From assembly GCA_965372095.1 (NCBI GenBank), contig CBDVAW010000002.1:1-33896 (forward strand): a stretch of 33,896 nucleotides of DNA, read 5' to 3'. Each line of letters begins with the position of its first letter. Within the stretch, counting starts at the first letter, position 1. Shown here in pieces: positions 27,105 to 33,896 of this stretch. The DNA comes from an uncultured bacterium (GTDB lineage: Bacteria; Patescibacteriota; Minisyncoccia; Minisyncoccales; CBDVAW01). A program made the position numbers and the translations under genes. A model generated the notes under the pieces. The model had not been told where the DNA came from. It worked only from the letters and a program-made list of their open reading frames with translations, and made no database searches.

Positions 27105-27209
27105 ATACATATTAATTCGGCGGATATGTTCCGTTTCTTTGCCGAATGCGAGTGAGTCCCTCTACACGCAACAAGCACTTTCGCCAACAAACCGTTTATT
27201 GATGACACG

Positions 27210-28286
27210 CTATAAGCCTTCTTTTTCTAATTGTTTTAATAATTCTTTCTGTTTCCTTGAAAGACGTTTCGGAATCTTAATAACCAACTTTACATATGCA
27301 TTGCCTTTCCCATACCCTCCAAAATGAGGAATTCCTTTGCCTGAAAGACGAAGAGAATCTCCGGATTCAGTACCACTCGGGACTTTAAGTAATATCTTTT
27401 TCCCGTCCAGTGTTTTAATTTCAATATCCCCGCCAATAACCGCTTTAGAAAAAGAAATTGATGTTTCCGTATAAAGATCGTCTCCCTTTCTTTGAAAAAC
27501 GGGGTGCTTCTTTATCAAAATACGAATATACAGATCCCCCGGCTTACCTCCTTTCCGACCAGCTTCTCCTCCACCTATGATTTTGATAACCTGATTAGTA
27601 TCCACTCCGGCCGGTATCGCTATTTTAAAACTTTTCTTATCTTTTATTCGCCCCTCTCCCTTGCAGACATTGCAGGGCTTTTCAGGCTTTGAACCTTCTC
27701 CTTTGCATTCGGGGCAAATCGTGACCCTGGTAAATGACCCTAAAAATGTTTTTTTAATTTCCTGGACTTCTCCGATTCCGCGACAAGAAAAACATTCTTT
27801 TACAGAAGTCCCCGGCTCTGCCCCTTTCCCTTGGCATCTGGTACATAACACAAATTTATATAAAGAATGTTCTTTTTCTTGTTTGGATAAAACATCCTCA
27901 AGAGAAATCATCATATCATATTCAATATCCCGACCTCTTCTTAAATCTTCTTTTCTCCCTGAATCGCGAGAAGCAAAAATATCTTCAAAAATATCTCTTA
28001 AGTCAAAATCAAATCCTTCGTTAGACCTGCTCTGATTAAAACCCGTAAAAGAGCTAAAATCAAAACCGCCTCCTTGGGATCCGTCAAAAGTTCTCCCAAA
28101 GTTGTCATACTGCGCCCTCTTGTCCTTATCGGACAATACTTGATAAGCTTCGTTTATCTCTTTGAATTTACTTTCGTCACCGCCTTTGTCGGGATGGAAT
28201 TGATGCGCTAATTTGCGATAAGCTTTTTTAATCTCATCATTAGAAGCGGTTTTTGAAACCCCTAAAATCTGATAGTAATTTTTCAT
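27210..28286 (-). CDS. dnaJ: molecular chaperone DnaJ
   Basis: J domain with HPD, a G/F region and four CxxCxGxG zinc motifs ([32 protein letters not shown]). Confidence 0.95.
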   Translation of the reverse strand: MKNYYQILGVSKTASNDEIKKAYRKLAHQFHPDKGGDESKFKEINEAYQVLSDKDKRAQYDNFGRTFDGSQGGGFDFSSFTGFNQSRSNEGFDFDLRDIFEDIFASRDSGRKEDLRRGRDIEYDMMISLEDVLSKQEKEHSLYKFVLCTRCQGKGAEPGTSVKECFSCRGIGEVQEIKKTFLGSFTRVTICPECKGEGSKPEKPCNVCKGEGRIKDKKSFKIAIPAGVDTNQVIKIIGGGEAGRKGGKPGDLYIRILIKKHPVFQRKGDDLYTETSISFSKAVIGGDIEIKTLDGKKILLKVPSGTESGDSLRLSGKGIPHFGGYGKGNAYVKLVIKIPKRLSRKQKELLKQLEKEGL

Positions 28287-28367
28287 AAAATGTTATTTAA
28301 GAACCTTGCCAAAAACAAGAACTCTGAAAAAAGAATCACATTATATCTTCTCAATAATGCAATCCTA

Positions 28368-29315
28368 TTATATTGTTACTATTTCTTTTTTAACAATCTT
28401 CTTCTTTATAACGATAAACCTGAATGCCGTTAAAATCTTAAAAAGCACCCAGCCGGAAAAAATAATTATAGGTTTTAGAAATAAAGCTAAAGATTTTATA
28501 ACAGTAAAACCAATGAAAATCAAGACAATCGGAATATACCCGGGGTAATTTTGATTATATTTCCAAAATTGCATATTGATCAACAGATGGAATATGTCTT
28601 TAATACTTTCTCCATCTCTTATTTCCACACCTAGACTTTCTGATAAATTTTCTTTTTGCGTCTGCAGATATTCCGCTTTTTTTTGCTTAATCACCGATTC
28701 GGATAAATAAGAGGTATCTGAAGAAGCGGCATTAAGTTGTTCAATAAAAATCATACTTAGAAATTCATCTATTTTCATATTTTGATAATAGCCGGGAAAC
28801 TTGCGAACAATCATATCTTCCGATAAACCAAATATTGTCTCTGTAAAAGATCTGGGAATTTCCACTTTTAATCGATAAGCGGTAGGCGAAAAAGCAAAAA
28901 TAACAGCTATCATTACGGCCAGACCCGTTAAACATAAAGATATTCCACGTCTGTTGACCTCCCAAAAACTGAATTTAATGTTTTTCTTTTTTTCTTTCCG
29001 TATTCTTTGTCCTCCAAAAAATAAAGCCAGAAAAAGAATAAGCCCGGCGCAAAGCAGATAAACATTTTTTTCAAAAAAAGCAAATGGCAATAAAGACAAA
29101 ATAATAGCCAAAATGATAAAATTCTTCCTTTTCTTTATAAGTAAAGAAGTAAGGGAATATAATATCCCAAAGCTTATTAAGAATATTATGGTTAATTTCC
29201 CCGCGCCGGCAAAGGCAATATCTTGACCCATGGAAGCCTTAATAGAATTCCAGCCAAAGAAATTAACCAATATAATTGTCAAAGCAAGCGCCAGTTGCTT
29301 GTATTTTGAAGCCAT
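28368..29315 (-). CDS. polytopic membrane protein of unknown function inside the dnaK-dnaJ operon
   Basis: 315-aa ORF with about 6 hydrophobic helices and a central soluble loop. It starts 10 nt after the dnaK stop. Confidence 0.65.
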   Translation of the reverse strand: MASKYKQLALALTIILVNFFGWNSIKASMGQDIAFAGAGKLTIIFLISFGILYSLTSLLIKKRKNFIILAIILSLLPFAFFEKNVYLLCAGLILFLALFFGGQRIRKEKKKNIKFSFWEVNRRGISLCLTGLAVMIAVIFAFSPTAYRLKVEIPRSFTETIFGLSEDMIVRKFPGYYQNMKIDEFLSMIFIEQLNAASSDTSYLSESVIKQKKAEYLQTQKENLSESLGVEIRDGESIKDIFHLLINMQFWKYNQNYPGYIPIVLIFIGFTVIKSLALFLKPIIIFSGWVLFKILTAFRFIVIKKKIVKKEIVTI

Positions 29316-29324
29316 TTTTATAAA

Positions 29325-31235
29325 TTACTCTTCTTTATATTCCCCTTCTTTGGCGTCTTGGCTATCGTTCCCTCCCTTATCATCTTGTTGTTTTTTTGTG
29401 TCACCGCCCTCCTCATTTTTTTTATTTTCTTCGGCTGTTTTATATAATTCAGCTCCTGCTTTTTGAATAATTTCAGAAAGTTCGTCAGTTGATTTTTTAA
29501 TAGATTCCATATCTTCGCCGTCTTTCAGCTTTTTCAATGCTTCTAATTTTTCTTCAACTTCTTTCTTAATGTCGGAATTAAGCTTTTCGCCCGACTCTTT
29601 AAGGGTCTTTTCGCAGGTATAAATCAGACTATCGGCGTTATTTTTAATTGTTACCAATTCCTGTCTTTTCTTATCTTCCTCTCCATGAATTTCAGCTTCT
29701 TTCTTCATTCTTTCTACCTCTTCTTTTGAAATTCCGCAAGACCCTTCAATTTTAACAGATTGGGATTTTCCCGTAGCCTTGTCTTTGGCGGAAACATTCA
29801 AAATTCCATTGGCATCAACATCAAAACTAACTTCAATCTGCGGAATCCCTCTCACAGAAGGAGGAATACCGTCCAGTATAAACCTTCCCAGCGTTTTATT
29901 ACCGGTTGCAACCGATCTTTCCCCTTGTAGAACATGTATCTCTACCGAAGGTTGGTTATCGGCGGCAGTGGAAAAGACTTGCACTTTGTTTGTAGGAACA
30001 GTGGTATTTTTAGGAATTAAGATTGTGTTTACCCCTCCCAAAGTTTCAATCCCCAAAGAAAGAGGCGTCACGTCTAATAATAAAACATCTTTAACATCTC
30101 CCTGTAAAATTCCTCCTTGGATGGCAGCGCCTATTGCCACCACTTCATCAGGATTAATTTCTTTTGAAGCCTCTTTGCCAAAAAGCTTTTTAATCTCTTC
30201 TTGTATCTTTGGCATTCTGGTTTGTCCGCCCACCAATACCACTTCTGCAATATCTTTTGTAGTGATTTTAGCCTCTTCCAGTGTACTTTTAACCAACTTG
30301 ATTGACTCGTCAACATATTCTTTTGCCATATCTTCAAATTGAGCACGGGTAAGTTTGCATAATAAATGCTTCGGGCCGGAAGAATCAGAAGTAACAAAGG
30401 GGATATTGATTTCCGTTTCAAGAGTAGTGGACAATTCAATCTTGGCTTTTTCCGCGGCTTCTTTTAATCGCTGTAAAGCCAATGTGTCTTTTGACAGATC
30501 AATGCCTTGATTCTTTTTAAATTCCACAGCAAGCCAGTCAATTATTTTTTGGTCAAAATCATCTCCGCCAAGATGAGTATCTCCACCCGTGGCTTTCACT
30601 TCTATAGTATCTTCTCCTATGTCTAAAACGGAAATGTCAAAAGTCCCGCCCCCAAGATCGTAAACAATAATTTTATGCTCTTTCTTTTTGTTCAAGCCAT
30701 AAGCCAAGGCAGCAGCAGTCGGTTCATTGATAACCCTTTTTACTTTAAAACCCGCTATTTCTCCGGCTATTTTAGTAGCTTTTCTTTGCGAATCATCAAA
30801 ATAAGCCGGACAAGTAATAATGGCCTCTTCAATTTCTTCTCCCAATTTTTCTTCCGCGTCTTGTTTGAACTTCTTCAACATCATAGCCGCAATTTCCGCA
30901 GGCTGATACCACTTCTCTCCCATCTTCACTTCTATTCCTCCACTGGACGATTCCCTAATTTCAAACGGCATAAGTTTTATATCTTTTTGAACTTCGGGAT
31001 CGGAAAATCGGCGGCCGATGAGCCTCTTTGTTGAAAAAATAGTATTATGCGGGTTAGTAATCTGTTGCCTTCTGGCGATTGTCCCCACTGTAATTTCGTT
31101 ATTCTTGGTAAACGCGACAACTGAAGGAGTAGTCCTATTGCCTTCTTTATTTTCAATAATTTTTGGTTCACCTCCTTCAACGACCGCCATGGCCGAAAAA
31201 GTAGTTCCCAGATCAATGCCTAGTATTTTTGACAT
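29325..31235 (-). CDS. dnaK: molecular chaperone DnaK (Hsp70)
   Basis: [16 protein letters not shown] and [10 protein letters not shown] signatures; 636 aa. Confidence 0.98.
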   Translation of the reverse strand: MSKILGIDLGTTFSAMAVVEGGEPKIIENKEGNRTTPSVVAFTKNNEITVGTIARRQQITNPHNTIFSTKRLIGRRFSDPEVQKDIKLMPFEIRESSSGGIEVKMGEKWYQPAEIAAMMLKKFKQDAEEKLGEEIEEAIITCPAYFDDSQRKATKIAGEIAGFKVKRVINEPTAAALAYGLNKKKEHKIIVYDLGGGTFDISVLDIGEDTIEVKATGGDTHLGGDDFDQKIIDWLAVEFKKNQGIDLSKDTLALQRLKEAAEKAKIELSTTLETEINIPFVTSDSSGPKHLLCKLTRAQFEDMAKEYVDESIKLVKSTLEEAKITTKDIAEVVLVGGQTRMPKIQEEIKKLFGKEASKEINPDEVVAIGAAIQGGILQGDVKDVLLLDVTPLSLGIETLGGVNTILIPKNTTVPTNKVQVFSTAADNQPSVEIHVLQGERSVATGNKTLGRFILDGIPPSVRGIPQIEVSFDVDANGILNVSAKDKATGKSQSVKIEGSCGISKEEVERMKKEAEIHGEEDKKRQELVTIKNNADSLIYTCEKTLKESGEKLNSDIKKEVEEKLEALKKLKDGEDMESIKKSTDELSEIIQKAGAELYKTAEENKKNEEGGDTKKQQDDKGGNDSQDAKEGEYKEE

Positions 31236-31362
31236 AATATGCGTTAATAAAAAACAATAAGTAATAAATTCTGTTTAACTGGCATATAATGCCAGACAAT
31301 ATTAAGTAGAATATATTATTAATCGCTTCTTGTTAATAATTAATTTTAAAAGTTAAATATTA

Positions 31363-31387
31363 TCCGCCAATTCTCAAGACTGGCGGA
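31363..31387 (-). terminator. hairpin between grpE and dnaK (weak terminator or attenuator)
   Basis: 7-bp stem TCCGCCA / TGGCGGA with an 11-nt loop. On the minus strand it is followed by TAATATTTAACTTTT. Confidence 0.35.
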
Positions 31388-31435
31388 CAATTTTCAGCCT
31401 CTAAAATAATTTTTATTTTTTATTCTCTTTAAAGA

Positions 31436-31939
31436 CTACTTTGAAACTCTCACTTTGGCGGGTCTGATAACTCGGTCGCGCATTTCATAACCTTTTTCTA
31501 TTTCTTCAACTATTGTATCTTTTTGCATACCCTCTTTTTCCACCAACCCGACAGCTTCATGATAAAAAGGATTAAATTCCTCGCCCAAAGATTTTATCTC
31601 TTTAATGCCCTTTTTTTCAAGAAATGATTGCAGCTGTTGCTTCATTTGAACAAAACCTTGCGCCAATTCATCTTTTTTCCCTAATTCATTAATTTTTTCC
31701 GTTGCTCTTTCAAAAGCATCTGCTATCGGTAATATTTCTAAAATCATCTTTTCTTCCGCGCGAGCAATAAATTTTTCAAGATGTTCTGCTTCTCCTTTTT
31801 TATGGTTTAAAAAATCAGCTTTCAGCCTTTGCCACCCTGTTAAATATTCTTCTTTTAACTCTTGGCATTCCGCTAAATCTTTTTGTAATTTCTTAATTTC
31901 TATTTTTTCAATGTTTTTTTTCTTTTTTTCTTTTTCCAT
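31436..31939 (-). CDS. grpE: nucleotide exchange factor GrpE
   Basis: Coiled-coil N-terminus, then the GrpE core (RLKADFLNHKK ... FNPFYHEAV ... GY..RDRVIRPAKV). Confidence 0.93.
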   Translation of the reverse strand: MEKEKKKKNIEKIEIKKLQKDLAECQELKEEYLTGWQRLKADFLNHKKGEAEHLEKFIARAEEKMILEILPIADAFERATEKINELGKKDELAQGFVQMKQQLQSFLEKKGIKEIKSLGEEFNPFYHEAVGLVEKEGMQKDTIVEEIEKGYEMRDRVIRPAKVRVSK

Positions 31940-31943
31940 TTCT

Positions 31944-32672
31944 TTAGAGCTCCTCTATAAGATTAGCCAATGAATGAATTAAAAAAATATTCTTCTGGTA
32001 GGTCATTCTCTTCGGCCCCACAATGGCAAGAATAGCATCTTCTTTTAAGCATGGAATGGATTGTTTAATGATTATTACACTGAAATCTCGCGACCGAGGG
32101 AAAAAATTTTCTTTACCTATGAAAACTTCCACATCGGAAGAAATATTATCAATAAGTTCATCCAGGCTGTCTTCAAAAATCTCCACCGCCTCGGCTAAAT
32201 TCAGTGTCTGTTCAGCTTTCTGGAATTCAGGCTCTTGAAAAATATTCTTCCATCCTTCCTGATATAATACCTTGCCGCGCGTAAGATATCCGAGAGCTAA
32301 ACTGGAAGACAGAAATGCTATTGCCTTAGTTAAATTTTGAGTAAAATAAAATGGATTTTCCTCTCTTTTTATTAATTCTTTTATGTTTTTAATAATCTCA
32401 TCCGCGTCACAATATTCCAAAGAGCCTTTATTATTAAGACTATCAACAAAAAAACGGTAGCCTTTGTCGGTCGGGATACGACCGGCGGAAGTATGAGGCT
32501 GAAGAAGATATCCAAGATCAGTTAATTTCTGAATTTCAATTCTGATCATTGCGGGCTTGATACCAAAATCATATTTTCCCCCCAACAGATCAGATGATAT
32601 TGGATGAGCTGAATCAATATATTCTTCCACCACCTTGTTTAATAATTGCCCTTGGCGTTCAGTGATGGCCAT
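31944..32672 (-). CDS. hrcA: heat-inducible transcription repressor HrcA (short form, 242 aa)
   Basis: N-terminal winged helix (ERQGQLLNKVVEEYIDSAHPISS ... GYLLQPHTSAGRIPTDKGYRFFVD). Sits at the head of the grpE-dnaK-dnaJ operon. Confidence 0.9.
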   Translation of the reverse strand: MAITERQGQLLNKVVEEYIDSAHPISSDLLGGKYDFGIKPAMIRIEIQKLTDLGYLLQPHTSAGRIPTDKGYRFFVDSLNNKGSLEYCDADEIIKNIKELIKREENPFYFTQNLTKAIAFLSSSLALGYLTRGKVLYQEGWKNIFQEPEFQKAEQTLNLAEAVEIFEDSLDELIDNISSDVEVFIGKENFFPRSRDFSVIIIKQSIPCLKEDAILAIVGPKRMTYQKNIFLIHSLANLIEEL

Positions 32673-32705
32673 ATTTGTATTAGATCTATTATACCGCTTT
32701 CTTTA

Positions 32706-32734
32706 ATTATTGAAAATTATCAATCACCTGTCAA
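32706..32734 (-). promoter_or_regulatory. hrcA promoter candidate (TTGACA-N17-AATAAT)
   Basis: Minus strand: TTGACA at 32734-32729, 17-nt spacer, AATAAT at 32711-32706. A second TATAAT lies at 32694-32689. Confidence 0.4.
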
Positions 32735-32743
32735 GAGTGATAA
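32717..32743. promoter_or_regulatory. CIRCE-like inverted repeat (HrcA operator candidate)
   Basis: Plus strand reads TTATCAATC-N9-GAGTGATAA. It matches the consensus TTAGCACTC-N9-GAGTGCTAA at 15 of 18 positions with the canonical 9-nt spacer, and overlaps the -35. Confidence 0.6.
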
Positions 32744-32760
32744 TAACAATACGGACACCC

Positions 32761-32791
32761 AATAAAAAACCGGGGTCAACCCTCCCCGGTT
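32761..32791 (-). terminator. intrinsic terminator after the surface-protein gene
   Basis: 8-bp stem AACCGGGG / CCCCGGTT. On the minus strand it is followed by TTTTTATT. Confidence 0.75.
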
Positions 32792-32814
32792 AAATTATCT
32801 TTTTTACAATACTA

Positions 32815-33896
32815 TTATCTTCTGGCAGAAGATAATTTGTTTAACGCTTTTTTAAATTGATATTCTTTATTATTTCTTGCTTTAAGTGTCATCCATTCAT
32901 CAAATTGAAACAGTTGATTTCTAAAAAGAAAAACTGACGCCAAAGCCATTAAAAATGGCAATATTAGATAATTTAATAATTCATCACTTATGCCTGTTAT
33001 GACATCTGTGGCTCCGGCAACGTCTGTTCTGCTTACTATAATTGTCGCTGTATCGGTTTTTGTTATTCCGCTTCCATAAGCTGACGCGGTATTTAAAAGC
33101 GTGGTTTGGCCAAAAGCAAACATCTCCGAATCGGCCACTCTGGCTTCAAAAGTAATTATCTTTGATTGATATGGGGATAAACTACCAATATTAATACCGG
33201 AAACAATATCGCCTGAAACATAAGAGCCATCTATTTTAAGTTTTCCGAGATAACTGATATTGTATGGCAAAATATCTCTAACAGTAACATCTGTTACGGT
33301 ATAATTACTATTGGCTTTAACTTTGATATAAAAAGCAATCTTGTCCCCCGGTTTGGCTGTAATTGATTCATGCCAATACTGATGTTGATTGGCAATGTTT
33401 TTAGTTAACTTGCTAATGGTAAGATTCGGATAACCGTCAATAATGGTATCCTTCTGCACTCTCACTATCGCCGTATCTTCTTTTTGGGAAATATCGTCGG
33501 CATACACTCTGGCGTAGTTGGTAAGACTGGTAACGCCCGAACTGAAATTCCCGGAAGAATAAACTTGAGCGTCAAATATAATTGTCTTTGTTCGGCCGGA
33601 AGACATATCACCAATGTTAATGCCTCCGCCGGATGTAATATTATAGGAAGAATAAGAGCCGTCTATGCGAAGATCTCCCTGGTAGCTGATCTTGGAAGGA
33701 AGAATATCTTTCACTATGACATCCTCGGCGGTCTTGTCTCCGGTAGAGTGAATCTCTATCTTAAATTCAATATTGTCTGAAGGATTGACATTAACGGAAT
33801 CAGACCAGTAAGAACCGGAAGATTTTTTCACTGTTTTGTTGATGGTAAGATTCGGATAACCGTCAATAATGGTATCCTTCTGCACTCTCACTATCG
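32815..33896 (-). CDS. cell-surface protein with tandem DUF11-like repeat domains and a C-terminal TM anchor; N-terminus lies beyond the window
   Basis: Two 142-aa repeats, each starting IVRVQKDTIIDGYPNLTI and containing V.D.LP...SY.G.L.IDGSY...I..G.INIG....... K.I.F.A.V. A TM helix (LILPFLMALASVFLF) lies near the C-terminus. The frame is open to nt 33896. Confidence 0.75.
   Translation of the reverse strand, partial: IVRVQKDTIIDGYPNLTINKTVKKSSGSYWSDSVNVNPSDNIEFKIEIHSTGDKTAEDVIVKDILPSKISYQGDLRIDGSYSSYNITSGGGINIGDMSSGRTKTIIFDAQVYSSGNFSSGVTSLTNYARVYADDISQKEDTAIVRVQKDTIIDGYPNLTISKLTKNIANQHQYWHESITAKPGDKIAFYIKVKANSNYTVTDVTVRDILPYNISYLGKLKIDGSYVSGDIVSGINIGSLSPYQSKIITFEARVADSEMFAFGQTTLLNTASAYGSGITKTDTATIIVSRTDVAGATDVITGISDELLNYLILPFLMALASVFLFRNQLFQFDEWMTLKARNNKEYQFKKALNKLSSARR
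33416..33470. repeat. 55-nt direct repeat, copy 1 (identical to 33842..33896)
   Basis: ATGGTAAGATTCGGATAACCGTCAATAATGGTATCCTTCTGCACTCTCACTATCG occurs twice, 426 nt apart. Confidence 0.9.
33842..33896. repeat. 55-nt direct repeat, copy 2 (runs to window end)
   Basis: Identical to 33416..33470. The true extent is unknown because the window ends here. Confidence 0.9.

Noticed and set aside
29779-30342. 187-aa + strand ORF inside dnaK. Similar long antisense ORFs occur at 27661..28035 in dnaJ, 21004..21420 in the hydrolase, 6109..6521 in priA and 15286..15621 in ftsW.
   Set aside because: They lie entirely opposite strongly supported genes and have low-complexity, unfamiliar sequence. These are shadow ORFs.
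1-33896. CRISPR arrays, transposases or IS ends, rRNA genes, tmRNA, RNase P and SRP RNA signatures.
   Set aside because: I saw no regularly spaced direct repeats, no transposase-like ORF, and no characteristic conserved RNA motifs (for example GAGGAAAGTCC for RNase P). The only repeats are those reported above.

Overview
AT-rich (roughly one-third GC by eye), very gene-dense bacterial chromosome fragment. Gene content, small proteins with trimmed domain architectures and many tiny membrane ORFs suggest a Candidate Phyla Radiation / Patescibacteria (Parcubacteria-like) genome; this is an inference, as no rRNA lies in the window. The standard code 11 fits: long ORFs are intact, stops are almost all TAA or TAG, and TGA acts as a stop twice. 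Most of the window is housekeeping. On the + strand: a DD-carboxypeptidase, an HD hydrolase, a SIMPL protein, a SpoIIM-like protein, thpR, a 7TM-GAF sensor with a stand-alone receiver, aspS, a second DD-carboxypeptidase, mraY-ftsW-murG, gltX, a Xer recombinase and rpmA. On the - strand: efp-fmt-priA, pyrG, rplI, an S41 protease, tRNA-Lys(UUU), the hrcA-grpE-dnaK-(membrane ORF)-dnaJ heat-shock operon, and a repeat-containing surface protein running off the 3' edge. I found no CRISPR array, transposase, or recognisable defence or toxin system, and no convincing novel multi-gene system. The best leads are: (1) uppS looks like a pseudogene although the lipid II genes are intact; (2) PriA has lost all ATPase signatures but keeps its zinc module; (3) the Xer gene is bracketed by short direct and inverted repeats; (4) the sensor and receiver pair has no kinase; (5) an alpha/beta hydrolase is the only gene with a full Shine-Dalgarno and looks foreign; (6) a divergent CIRCE operator overlaps the hrcA promoter. 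All product calls come from motif recognition by eye; no searches were run.
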